Assembly: GCA_964236955.1 (NCBI GenBank)
Contig: CAXSGP010000011.1
Span: 1 to 64,000 of the forward strand
Direction of reading: 5' to 3'
From: an uncultured Oligoflexus sp.
GTDB lineage: Bacteria; Bdellovibrionota_B; Oligoflexia; Oligoflexales; Oligoflexaceae
Length of the DNA: 64,000 nt
Part shown: one piece after another, positions 1-9,247 of the stretch
Position numbering within the stretch: position 1 is the stretch's first letter
How the letters are laid out: each line of letters opens with the position of its first letter
Translations under genes and position numbers: made by a program
The notes under the pieces: model-generated
What the model was told of the DNA's origin: nothing
Databases searched by the model: none
What the model saw: the letters and a program-made list of their open reading frames with translations, nothing else

Positions 1-613
1 CGACCCCATTGACCCCAACGACTAGAATAACCATAGGCCCGGCAACCGGACGGTTGATCTGAGGCAATGGTCCGGAAAGTATTCCGGCGATCTCATCGCG
101 CATCGAACTCGAAACCTCTTCCCAGGATGGCAAGGCGCTCTGTCCGGAAAACTTTTTTCTCAAGGCCGCCACCATTCGATCGGCAGTCTCAACTCCCATA
201 TCACTTCGGTAAAGATTTTCATGGAGCTCTTCGAGCAGCTCTTCGTTAAATACTTTTTTGCCGTTGAAGAGCTGACCCAGGCTGCTTGAAAGCTGCGTTC
301 GGGTCTTGCTTAACCCACTGCGCAGACGTGCTAACCAAGAATTCTCGCTATCGCTTAGGATTTCCGTGACATCGGCCGGAGCCATCGCGACTGGAACTGC
401 GGCCGGTTCATTGTCAATTTCCCTGGCTACGACTGGAGTCGTCGCCGGTTCGGGCGGCAGAGTTCTGGGATGCTGCCAATGGGTTTTTTTCAGGATAAAA
501 AGTATAAGCAGCGCGACCAGGCTTAAGGGCACCAAGTAAATGAGCCAAGAGTTGCTGTCAAGAGTGGGAGTTGATAACGTTTGAGCTTGGAGAGTACTCG
601 ACCAGGTAAGCAT
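1..613 (-). CDS. ftsY: Signal recognition particle receptor FtsY (N-terminal part; runs off the left edge)
   Basis: Not in the ORF track; translated by hand from ATG at 613. N-terminal TM segment (WLIYLVPLSLVALLILFIL), then LRSGLSKTR and EELLEELHENLYRSDMGVETA, ending in the GTPase lead-in MVILVVGVNGV at the window edge. Confidence 0.93.
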   Translation of the reverse strand, partial: MLTWSSTLQAQTLSTPTLDSNSWLIYLVPLSLVALLILFILKKTHWQHPRTLPPEPATTPVVAREIDNEPAAVPVAMAPADVTEILSDSENSWLARLRSGLSKTRTQLSSSLGQLFNGKKVFNEELLEELHENLYRSDMGVETADRMVAALRKKFSGQSALPSWEEVSSSMRDEIAGILSGPLPQINRPVAGPMVILVVGVNGV

Positions 614-761
614 CACGTTGCCTTTCGTTCCGAAGAGTCGTCCATTTTGCTTACTACAAATTGGGATTGAGAAAATCATGACCTCAGAGAGGTTTACGAT
701 AGTAGCGATAATTTTTGTAAAACCCTAGCGAGAATGCGTCAACGCGTGAAGAGGGGCAACC

Positions 762-1415
762 TTGAAAATAATCTTGTACTCTATGCTCAGTCTTATCTTT
801 ACAAGCAAGCTCTATGCTCAGGAGCCGCCGTTGGTCTGGGATGAGTCAAGCATCGCTGACGACTGGCGGCGAGCCGTCCGCGATTTCCGCCGCGAACACA
901 ATTTTGGCATTCTCGTTGGTCAAACGAAAACACGCTGGAAAGGCATTGTAGACAATGTCGCAGTAGACACCGAAACTGACGCAACTGAAATAACTCTCCA
1001 ATATAGTTTTCATATCCCATGGATCAAAGGATTTGGGTATAGCCTTGGAACGAGCTCCTCGGTATTGTTCGGAGATCAAGGGTCACGAACTCTTGAAACT
1101 CAATACAGGGCAACGCTTCCGGGTTTGGAGATGGGTCTGGTCTTGAACCTTAACGATCGCTTTCGAAGCAATCTAGGCGTGGTCTATAGTTGGGAACGCG
1201 TTAATGGTCTAAAGGTGCTAGGTCGCCCGGGACGCATAAGTATTACCGAAGAGAGTCTGTCGGCTCAATTAAGTATCGATTACTTCTACAAGCTTACCTG
1301 GGCGGTAAGATTAGAATTTGAAGACAGTCGATTCCCTAAAAATGCTTCGGCAAGCTACGATTTGGAAAAATCCATTTTCAGATCCCGTGTTGGCTTGATA
1401 AAGCATTTGCTTTGA
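762..1415 (+). CDS. Secreted hypothetical protein, probable outer-membrane beta-barrel
   Basis: Signal peptide (…SKLYA-QE), alternating hydrophobic strands rich in Y/F/G; GAGGGG upstream of the TTG start. Confidence 0.55.
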   Translation: MKIILYSMLSLIFTSKLYAQEPPLVWDESSIADDWRRAVRDFRREHNFGILVGQTKTRWKGIVDNVAVDTETDATEITLQYSFHIPWIKGFGYSLGTSSSVLFGDQGSRTLETQYRATLPGLEMGLVLNLNDRFRSNLGVVYSWERVNGLKVLGRPGRISITEESLSAQLSIDYFYKLTWAVRLEFEDSRFPKNASASYDLEKSIFRSRVGLIKHLL

Positions 1416-1553
1416 TAGCATTAATGCATTGATCTTATTAAGAATAGATTGATTTTTATATTTTTCTTCAGTCCGAATTGAAATCTCCGATTGAGTTAGA
1501 TATTCGGAAGGCTTGCGGGCCGAAACTTAGAGAACACGACCACGGGGGAAATC

Positions 1554-2249
1554 ATGCAACGCTTGCTTCTCTGTATGATCTTAGCTAGCCAGCTTGTTGC
1601 ATGTGGGGCTGCGGCTGGTAAGCGGAACTCAATTTCAGAGATCGGAAAACAGGCTGCAAACATCTCGTCACCTGCCGATTCAGCCTTTCATAGCCTTATT
1701 GGCTGGCAGAAGACTGTGCCATTCTATATAAGCGCGGAAGCACCCGATGAAGTCGTTGAAGCGGCACAAAATGCCGCCGAGAGCTGGGGCGATGCGGTAG
1801 GTCAGGTGGCAATGCAGTTCTTAGGAATCTCAGGTTCGAGCCGTGGGAAGGACCTTTACGCCAGTCTCAATGATGATACGACCTACATCTACTATGAAAG
1901 CAATTGGACGACGACAACTTCCAAATCATCGACCACTCTGGCCACGACGATTTGGGAAAATGCGCCCGATTCGGACCGCATAGTCCGCGGTGATGTCATC
2001 CTTAACGCTCAAACCTATACCTTCCTTGATGCCATGAAACCCCTCCCCAAGGGTATGAATGAAGATAGGGTTGTGGATGCCCAAACGGTGCTCCTTCATG
2101 AATTTGGACATCTTCTTGGCTTGGATCATATCCCCGAAGCCGACGATGCTGATTCCATTATGCACGCCAAAACTTTCATAGGACCAGGCCTGAGCTTTCG
2201 TACGCTAAGCGATGGCGATATAAATCATATTAGACAGTTGTATCCGTAA
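1554..2249 (+). CDS. Matrixin-family (metzincin) zinc metalloprotease lipoprotein
   Basis: Lipobox LVAC, zinc motif HEFGHLLGLDH, Met-turn SIMH. Confidence 0.88.
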   Translation: MQRLLLCMILASQLVACGAAAGKRNSISEIGKQAANISSPADSAFHSLIGWQKTVPFYISAEAPDEVVEAAQNAAESWGDAVGQVAMQFLGISGSSRGKDLYASLNDDTTYIYYESNWTTTTSKSSTTLATTIWENAPDSDRIVRGDVILNAQTYTFLDAMKPLPKGMNEDRVVDAQTVLLHEFGHLLGLDHIPEADDADSIMHAKTFIGPGLSFRTLSDGDINHIRQLYP

Positions 2250-2261
2250 AATTCCGCACTT

Positions 2262-2289
2262 TAAAGTCCCGCCCTGTTCTTACCGAAGG
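2262..2289 (+). promoter_or_regulatory. Putative sigma-28 (FliA)-type promoter
   Basis: TAAAGT at 2262 and ACCGAAGG at 2282-2289 (16-nt spacer after TAAA) versus consensus TAAA-N15-GCCGATAA. Confidence 0.35.
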
Positions 2290-2313
2290 AAAGAACTAAG
2301 CTCTAAAGGGGGA

Positions 2314-2508
2314 ATGCCTATGAAAAAGGAATCGCAGCGCCGCTCAAATTCCGGTGATGATCTTGAACTTTTAAGTGAAATCATCAAAGATGATCCCTGG
2401 CTACTTGAAAAAGTCCTTACCAAGATCCGATATATTCGCCGCGGTGAAGAAGGGGTTTTGGATTCAATGGCCGGAAAAATTGATACCCAGCCAAAAAAAC
2501 GAGTCTAA
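2314..2508 (+). CDS. Small hypothetical protein (64 aa)
   Basis: Purine-rich RBS (AAAGGGGGA); its stop overlaps the next start (TAATG). Confidence 0.6.
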   Translation: MPMKKESQRRSNSGDDLELLSEIIKDDPWLLEKVLTKIRYIRRGEEGVLDSMAGKIDTQPKKRV

Positions 2509-3065
2509 TGAAACCTTCACTAAGATATGGAATATTCTGCCTTATTTCAACCATATTGGGCTCTTGTGAATCGGTGCCGGATAAGATGCGCGTCGTCGAA
2601 AAAAGCCGGCAGATTCAGCCCCAGTGGCTGGAGGCTGGCCCAGGATTAATGGTAGGCCCAGACGGTATAGACTTTGTCATCTGCAAGGACAGGATTCTCG
2701 ACCTTACCCTCGGTCTGGAACAAACCCAGGCCAGTGTCCTTTATAATCTCAAGTTTCAAATCTTTCAGATGCTTCGTAAGCCAATCAATTTAGCTGCTTT
2801 AAGTCCCACTTCGGCGCGCGATTTCAATCAAGTGATCAGTAAAACGCTTGATAAGGAATTGACTCCAGCCAATCTCGAGGATTTTTATTTTGATAAAGTG
2901 AACCTGCCTCGCGCAGACACGGGATTGATCCCCGAGTATTATCGAGTATTTGCCCATGCTCATGTCGATAACGCTAAGGCAACAGGCATTAAGGCAGCTA
3001 TTAAGGCGTTTGTTCAGAATTATCCGCAAGAGGACCTGCGCTCGCAGTTGCCCTTGCTGCAATAA
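2508..3065 (+). CDS. Hypothetical lipoprotein, possibly LPP20-like
   Basis: Lipobox LGSC followed by a P-x-W motif (IQPQWLE); translationally coupled to the upstream ORF. Confidence 0.6.
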   Translation: MKPSLRYGIFCLISTILGSCESVPDKMRVVEKSRQIQPQWLEAGPGLMVGPDGIDFVICKDRILDLTLGLEQTQASVLYNLKFQIFQMLRKPINLAALSPTSARDFNQVISKTLDKELTPANLEDFYFDKVNLPRADTGLIPEYYRVFAHAHVDNAKATGIKAAIKAFVQNYPQEDLRSQLPLLQ

Positions 3066-3210
3066 TTCTAGCTGGTTCCTCAGGTTTTAGGCCTTTTCGG
3101 ACTTGGGTTTTATCGGCTTGCCTTTCCCCGCATGTCTCTGCACAATGTGAGCCTCTCGTCCTATACTACGACGAATGTGCATACTTTGTGGCGGAGCCTT
3201 AACACCAAAC

Positions 3211-4929
3211 ATGTCCGAAACCATATCAGCAGCGTCATTTATAGTACCGCTCTGGTGGATAAGGGCCTTTGAAGTTGCATTGCAACTGAGATCGTTTGAT
3301 ACCGATCCTTTCGCAATGAGTGAAAGCGGAGGACTTTCGCCGGCTCTTACCGATGCGGAACTGAATGCTTTCCTTGTCATCATTCAAAGCAGCCAGCAGC
3401 AAATCTTAAGCGGCCAAAAATGGCTTAAATTTGAAAGCGATCTTCTCCTCAAAAACCATCCCACAATGACGCGAAGCAAGAGTTTCCTCTTTCTTCGTTT
3501 GGTGCAGATGCTGAGGAGCCTGCAGGTGCTGCCACACAGTCAACCGGATCAAAAAGAGACTTTGTTTTTTTTCGAAAGAGAAGAACGCCGCCGCGACTCT
3601 GACGGTGGCACCAAGACGATGTATCGCCTGAATAATCTCTCGGCTGAACTTCTTTTGGGGTACACAGAACCCTATTCCGAAGTGTATCGCCTGGTGGAAG
3701 GTAAGGCGCGTGCGCATCGCTACCTCGGTCAGCATGAACCCCTCTCCCTGCGCCCTTCCGTCTGGCTCGATCTCTCCTATCTGGAACAGTATATTTTTCT
3801 CCAGCTGCGTAAGGCCAGCCTTTGGGAAGAAAGCAGCTATCGTTGGGACTCTGTCTATGGCCGCGGCTTCGATGAGTTTTTTGCCAGTATCGTGTTGCCA
3901 AAGATCAAGGCAAAAGACGGAATGGAACTTAGTCCCTTCCGACAAAAAATTCGGCTCCTGAAGCGAGTGGGCCGTAAACTCATCGACCATGGTGTCATCA
4001 AATCAGCACAAAATATTGACTATCTGGCGATTGATTCAGACGGTGATCCGCTTACCGTCATCTGGCAGCTCCATGAAAGTGAGGCGCAGTCGGCCGATAG
4101 AAAAACCTATGAGACCGATGTCGCTCGCTACTTTCGCGATAATCATCTTGAACAGGCGCTAAAAAAGATCGCGCCTATTATCAGTACGGGTACCAAGCCT
4201 GAAGAGGCCTCGGCCCTTTGGAAGGAGATCGAGGAGCGGGAGAAGGGGGAATCCTCCGGGCATATCAAGCTCGAAGGCAATATCCTTTTACCGGTTGCCG
4301 GCCTCTTTTTCGAATGGACCCTACGCTCAAAAAATACCGATATCTTTCAGATGCCGGGTTGGCTGAAGGAGAGTCCGGCTCTTAAATTGATCGCCAATTC
4401 CCAGGCTCCCCTGGCGGAGAAACTTTCGGGTTTTACAGCTCTGATCAAAGGTCATCCCGAATACCAAAAGGACATCGAATCGCTCCCGCGTGCCAGCATA
4501 GCTGCTCCGATAACACTTCGGCAATCTGAGGTTCTCGAGCGTCTGGCCGCGGCTGCCAGTTCAGCCTCGACAGTCTCCAAGGCGTCGCAGTCTCAGGCCA
4601 TGCAATCACGCAAAGACAAACAGACGGTGGCCTCTCCTCCAAGTGCCGCCAGTATGAAAGCGGTAAATGTTCAAAAGGGGCCTGATCCGGAATTGCGTAA
4701 GCAGGCGAGCGAAGAGCTTCAGAAGATGCGCGAGCGTGAACCCAAGCGCTATCACAACCTGAAGTTGAAATATCTTGAAGATCTGGAGATGGAAAAAAAG
4801 CAGATCATCTTTGAAATGAAAGAAAGAATGCAGCCCCATGCTTTCGATGATCATCTGAAATACAGTCTTGTGAAATATATGGTGGATAACCCAAGACTCT
4901 GGCAGGTCGAGGAGCGCAATTTCCCCTAA
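3211..4929 (+). CDS. Hypothetical protein; N-terminal half patterns like a Rep3/TrfA winged-helix replication initiator
   Basis: Long ORF; start moved to ATG 3211 because GGAG and a TATACT -10 lie upstream. Family resemblance judged by eye only (see findings). Confidence 0.55.
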   Translation: MSETISAASFIVPLWWIRAFEVALQLRSFDTDPFAMSESGGLSPALTDAELNAFLVIIQSSQQQILSGQKWLKFESDLLLKNHPTMTRSKSFLFLRLVQMLRSLQVLPHSQPDQKETLFFFEREERRRDSDGGTKTMYRLNNLSAELLLGYTEPYSEVYRLVEGKARAHRYLGQHEPLSLRPSVWLDLSYLEQYIFLQLRKASLWEESSYRWDSVYGRGFDEFFASIVLPKIKAKDGMELSPFRQKIRLLKRVGRKLIDHGVIKSAQNIDYLAIDSDGDPLTVIWQLHESEAQSADRKTYETDVARYFRDNHLEQALKKIAPIISTGTKPEEASALWKEIEEREKGESSGHIKLEGNILLPVAGLFFEWTLRSKNTDIFQMPGWLKESPALKLIANSQAPLAEKLSGFTALIKGHPEYQKDIESLPRASIAAPITLRQSEVLERLAAAASSASTVSKASQSQAMQSRKDKQTVASPPSAASMKAVNVQKGPDPELRKQASEELQKMREREPKRYHNLKLKYLEDLEMEKKQIIFEMKERMQPHAFDDHLKYSLVKYMVDNPRLWQVEERNFP

Positions 4930-4930
4930 A

Positions 4931-5308
4931 TCAGCGTCCAGCAAGCAGCCCGTTGACGACAGCCAGAATCTGCTCTTTTTTGATCGGTTTCACGAGAAAT
5001 GCGTTCACTCCCAAACTCTTGGCCCGCATGAGTTCTTCCGACCCGGTCTCGGTGGTAAGCATACAGATGGGAATCGTCGCTGTCTTGGGATTTTTCTTCA
5101 GCCTTTCGACCAGTTCCAGTCCATTCATCTGCGGCATGTTGATGTCAGAAAATATAAGATCGATATTTCCCTCGGCAAAGACTTTTTGGAGGCCCTCGTC
5201 CCCGTCGATAGCTTCGATTATTGTGTGTTTGAGTCCATCCAGGTGATTAAGGATGAGTTGCCGCGCTGTTGTTGAATCGTCGATGACTAAGATCTTCTTT
5301 ATGCTCAC
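4931..5308 (-). CDS. Single-domain response regulator (CheY-like receiver)
   Basis: ILVIDDS, FSDINMPQMNG (phospho-Asp), MLTT, FLVKP. Confidence 0.93.
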   Translation of the reverse strand: MSIKKILVIDDSTTARQLILNHLDGLKHTIIEAIDGDEGLQKVFAEGNIDLIFSDINMPQMNGLELVERLKKNPKTATIPICMLTTETGSEELMRAKSLGVNAFLVKPIKKEQILAVVNGLLAGR

Positions 5309-5338
5309 AGGACTTCCTTTCCATCGCTTTTGTTTAAG

Positions 5339-6190
5339 TCAAGATTTCGGGTCGAGAGCGTCTCTCAGAGCATCGCCTAAGAAATTTAGGCCAACGACGA
5401 GGATAAAGATTGCAAGCCCGGGAATAAGGGCCAGGTGCGGCGCCAGATCAACTTCGACTTGGCTGGCCTGCCCCAGCAGGCCGCCCCAGGTTAAAACCGA
5501 ATCGCGGGCACCGAAACCAAGAAAACTAAGGCCCGCTTCGACAATGATGACGCTCGACAGTGAGAAACTTCCATGGACGATTAATGGGGTCAAAATGCTT
5601 GGAAATATGTGCTTGCGAATCAGACGACCGCTTTGCGCGCCCAGGGCCCGGCTGGCCTGGACGAACTCGCGTTCCCGAATCGACAAGACCTGGCCTCGCA
5701 CCAGCCGCGCCGTGCTAGTCCAGCCGCTGACCGCAATGGCGAAGATAATCGTATAGAGACTGGGGCCCATGATGGCCGTAAGGGTCAGGGCCAGGAGTAT
5801 GCCGGGAAAAGCCATGAAAATATCGACGAAACGCATGATGACGAGGTCGACCCAGCCGCGCCAATAGCCGGAGATGAGGCCGACTAAGGTGCCAATCGTC
5901 ATGGAAATGATCACGGTAAGAAAGGCCACATAAAGGGAAATGCGTGTGCCATAGAGCATGATGCTCAGGACATCCTCTCCCTCCATGTCGCAGCCAAGCA
6001 CATGGGCGGCGTTTGGGGAGCAAAGGCGTTCGAGCAGATCCGCATTGCCAAGTTTATAGGGGGCTAGCCAAGGTGCCAAGACTGCTATCACAAATGTGAT
6101 GACGACTATGCCGGCGCCTATCCAAAAGCGGGCATTGCCTCTGAGCTTTTGGCGAACCCTGTCACTGGGAGATTGAGACATCTGAGTCAT
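5339..6190 (-). CDS. Peptide/nickel ABC transporter permease (DppC/OppC family)
   Basis: HVLGCD…G.DV, RFVDIFMAFP, EAA-like loop EFVQASRALGA. Confidence 0.93.
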   Translation of the reverse strand: MTQMSQSPSDRVRQKLRGNARFWIGAGIVVITFVIAVLAPWLAPYKLGNADLLERLCSPNAAHVLGCDMEGEDVLSIMLYGTRISLYVAFLTVIISMTIGTLVGLISGYWRGWVDLVIMRFVDIFMAFPGILLALTLTAIMGPSLYTIIFAIAVSGWTSTARLVRGQVLSIREREFVQASRALGAQSGRLIRKHIFPSILTPLIVHGSFSLSSVIIVEAGLSFLGFGARDSVLTWGGLLGQASQVEVDLAPHLALIPGLAIFILVVGLNFLGDALRDALDPKS

Positions 6191-6198
6191 AGAACACC

Positions 6199-7122
6199 TT
6201 ACGTTGATAACCTGATTCTAGGATCGACCAGGGAGTAGGCAATGTCTGTCAGTAGGTTGACGAGAAGATAGGATCCTGAAAAAAACAGCACACAACCCTG
6301 TACCACGGGGTAGTCGCGCGTGTTGATGCCCTCGACCAGAAGACTGCCGAGACCCGGCCAATCAAATACTTTTTCCGTTATGATTGCTCCGGTCATCAAG
6401 ACCCCGAATTGAAGGCCAACGACGGTGACCAGGGGCAAGGATGCATTGCGAAACGTATGACTGAGGATGACGCGTGATTCCGAGCAGCCCTTGGCCCGCG
6501 CCGTGCGCACGAAATCCTCTTTAAGCGTGTCGAGCATCGAGTTGCGGGTGATGCGGCTGAGGGCGGCTGCAAGCGGTGTGCCCATTGTCAGGGCGGGAAG
6601 GATAAAGCTGCGCCAGCCGCCCATTTCCGAGACCGGAAGCCAGCCGAGTTGCACGGAGAAGAGGAGGATCAGGAGTGGACCTAACCAAAAAGTTGGAATA
6701 GCCACTCCTGAAACCGCGAAACTCATTGCCGCAAAATCGATCTTCGAGCCTGCGTTTACCGCAGCTAAGATGCCAAGGGGCAGGCTGATGACAAGGGCGA
6801 CGATTAAAGAGGCCAAAGCAAGGCGCATCGTTGCCGGCAGGCGCTCCATTATGAGCGCGTTGACCGACTTTTGATAGATCAGACTATGGCCGAGATCACC
6901 ACGGACGGCATGGGCGATGTAGCTACCGGTCTGGCGAACGACGGACTGATTGAGGCCCAGTTCCTGTCGCAAGGCATTTTTATCCTCGAGCGTTGCGAAG
7001 TCTCCGAGTATAATATCGACAGGATCACCGGGCACAAAATGGATCATGCCGACGACGATGAGGAGCACGCCGAGGCACACGGGAATAAGGCTGCTAAGAC
7101 GTTTCAATATGAAGCTCAACAA
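6199..7122 (-). CDS. Peptide/nickel ABC transporter permease (DppB/OppB family)
   Basis: PGDPV, GDLGHS, DFVRTARAKG, EKVFDWPGLG, RDYPVVQG, DPRIR. Confidence 0.95.
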   Translation of the reverse strand: MLSFILKRLSSLIPVCLGVLLIVVGMIHFVPGDPVDIILGDFATLEDKNALRQELGLNQSVVRQTGSYIAHAVRGDLGHSLIYQKSVNALIMERLPATMRLALASLIVALVISLPLGILAAVNAGSKIDFAAMSFAVSGVAIPTFWLGPLLILLFSVQLGWLPVSEMGGWRSFILPALTMGTPLAAALSRITRNSMLDTLKEDFVRTARAKGCSESRVILSHTFRNASLPLVTVVGLQFGVLMTGAIITEKVFDWPGLGSLLVEGINTRDYPVVQGCVLFFSGSYLLVNLLTDIAYSLVDPRIRLST

Positions 7123-7149
7123 GGAGACTTCCTCCGGGTCGGGTTGGGT

Positions 7150-8697
7150 TTATTGAAAAAAACTCTGCTGCAGAGATGAGTAGCGACCATCAGCATACAA
7201 GTCAAATCCAGTAAGGTCTTTATTCACGACGGCAAAGTTCTCCTCGTGCCAAAGGAAAATATAGGGTTTGTCGTGTTCGACGATGTCTTGCACTTGATCA
7301 TAGATCTTTTTTCGTTCCAAAAAATCATTTTTTTCGCGCCCCTGTTCGAGAAGGGCATCGAGCCTTGGGTTGGAATACCAGCCGCGATTGGCTCCGTTTG
7401 GGGGAGAATTTTCGGTGGCGAAGGCGTAGCGATAGATATCGGGATCTTTGAATCCCACCCAGGCCAGCGTCCAAAGCTGGACCCGGCCCTGTTCTATATC
7501 GAGCTTAAAGCGCCCCCATTCCATGGTTTCCACGGTCACCTTGATGCCGACCCGTTTGAGTTGGCTCGCGATCGCCTTCGCTACGCTGATACGGGTCACA
7601 TCGGTGGTCGTTTTTAAGCTGACCTCAAAGCGGAAATCGCCTTGCTTTTTGAGGCCGGCTTTATCGAGGATACTTTGTGCCTCCTCAGGATTGTAGGCGT
7701 CTTTTGCAAGCTTTTCGCTGAAAAATATCGAGCTTGGTGGTAGTATGGTTCGAGCAGGGATGGCCATGCCATTCAAAATGATATCGATGATCTCCTGACG
7801 ATTGATGGCAAGGCTGATGGCGTCACGAATAGCCGGGTTGCTGACCAAGGGATCTTTCATATTGAAGCCGATGTAGGTAGTCTTAAGACCTGACCGTTTC
7901 AGTATTTTTAAATTGGGGTTCCGCCGTTCCAAGGTCCGCAGGGTGTCGCGGCTTATTCCATTCTGAACGATATCGATCTCGCCAGCTCGTAGTTTTGCAT
8001 AGCGTGTTTTTTCGTTGCGGACGATTTTGATTGTCACCTCACGTAACTTTGCCGGCTTGGCAGCAAAAGGGTTGGGTTCGAGCGCTATCTCATTGATAGC
8101 GACATTCTTGATTCTAAAGGTTCCACAGCCTTTAAATTGAACGGGGTCAAGTGCAGTTGCTTTGATATCCGCCTCCTTGAGTATGCCGACCACTAAATTA
8201 GTGGGGAAACTTGAATCCGCTTTCTTGAGTGTAAAGCGCAGCCGGCCCTCACTGAGGCTTTCGACGTGGTCCACTCCGTCAAAGGCCGAGGAACGTGCAA
8301 ACTTGCGGTCTTTTAACATAGAGCTGTAGGTGGCGGCGACGTCCTCGGAGCGTACCGGCGAGCCATCGCTGAATTTGAGGTCTTTACGCAGCTGCATATC
8401 GAGAATTTTTGCCGAGGTCCAAACGGGTTCACTGGCTAAAGCGATGGCAATGGTTTTGCCATCGGAATCAAATCCCATAAGGGAACAGTGGACAAGATCC
8501 TCGATATATTGGCTATTTGCATCAACACTTTGACGCGGATCGAAAGTTCTGACGTTATCTTCAAAAGCCACGTTGAGCGATGTTTTGGGTGCATGTTCCG
8601 CCCGCAAGAGGTGCACGGGAAAAAGGCATAAGGGGATTGAAAGCAGTGACCCTTGTAACGCTAATCTAAATGCGTATTGAGCGATGGTGTGACGCAT
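7150..8697 (-). CDS. ABC transporter substrate-binding protein, family 5 (DppA/OppA-like)
   Basis: Signal peptide, LRKDLKFSDGSPVRSEDV, RDAISLAINRQEI, NRGWYSNP. Confidence 0.93.
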   Translation of the reverse strand: MRHTIAQYAFRLALQGSLLSIPLCLFPVHLLRAEHAPKTSLNVAFEDNVRTFDPRQSVDANSQYIEDLVHCSLMGFDSDGKTIAIALASEPVWTSAKILDMQLRKDLKFSDGSPVRSEDVAATYSSMLKDRKFARSSAFDGVDHVESLSEGRLRFTLKKADSSFPTNLVVGILKEADIKATALDPVQFKGCGTFRIKNVAINEIALEPNPFAAKPAKLREVTIKIVRNEKTRYAKLRAGEIDIVQNGISRDTLRTLERRNPNLKILKRSGLKTTYIGFNMKDPLVSNPAIRDAISLAINRQEIIDIILNGMAIPARTILPPSSIFFSEKLAKDAYNPEEAQSILDKAGLKKQGDFRFEVSLKTTTDVTRISVAKAIASQLKRVGIKVTVETMEWGRFKLDIEQGRVQLWTLAWVGFKDPDIYRYAFATENSPPNGANRGWYSNPRLDALLEQGREKNDFLERKKIYDQVQDIVEHDKPYIFLWHEENFAVVNKDLTGFDLYADGRYSSLQQSFFQ

Positions 8698-9011
8698 GAT
8701 GTCCCTGTTTTTGTATGAATGAATTCTTTATTTTACATAGTTTTGGCAGCCCTAAGGTATAGCTATTAGGCTTTGGCCAGGGATGGGCAGCAGACTTCAA
8801 TTGAGTTCGAATGAAGTCTATAAGACTTTGAAAATAAAGAAAATTTATTTTTTTACCAAGGCCTGCCTCAGATTTCGGCCGAATCTAGCTTCGGGGCCCG
8901 ATTAAATACGCTTGACGAGATTTCCTGACTAGGGCAGAGGATATAGTACACAGGGCTCGCCGCTGCCACGTTTGCCGGTTCCTTCGAACCGTGAATTTAG
9001 TCCTTCGTGTA

Positions 9012-9040
9012 TTGACAGACCACAAACCAATCCGCATGAT
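9012..9040 (+). promoter_or_regulatory. Putative sigma-70 promoter
   Basis: TTGACA (9012-9017), 17-nt spacer, CATGAT (9035-9040). Confidence 0.5.
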
Positions 9041-9070
9041 TTAAACTGTTCGAGCGGCTGTTGGTTTGAA

Positions 9071-9247
9071 GATTGTATGAGACTTACAATCCTGTCTTGT
9101 GCCTTGGCTGCCCCAGAGGGGGTTGAATGTGAGCCCAGGCATCGTCGATCGAGGCGAAGTCCTTGCCCCGAGTTGATATTCCTGGCCCGATGCGTAAAGC
9201 GACTGAGATAAGCAATGAGGGAAGGCTCACCTTCAATGAGCCGAGGC
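9071..9247 (+). ncRNA. Candidate structured RNA or long 5' leader (family unknown)
   Basis: Nested stems 9101-9109/9239-9247, 9123-9135/9224-9236 and 9139-9144/9188-9193, plus hairpin 9071-9091, in a 728-nt intergenic gap. Confidence 0.4.

Noticed and set aside
3066..3210. Possible iterons upstream of the Rep-like gene
   Set aside because: Only 6-7-nt repeats (GGTTTTA, AATGTG), with no regular 17-22-bp array.
9151..9162. GAGGCGAAGTCC similar to the RNase P GAGGAAAGUCC motif
   Set aside because: Imperfect match and no downstream ACAGAA…CGGCUUA partner.
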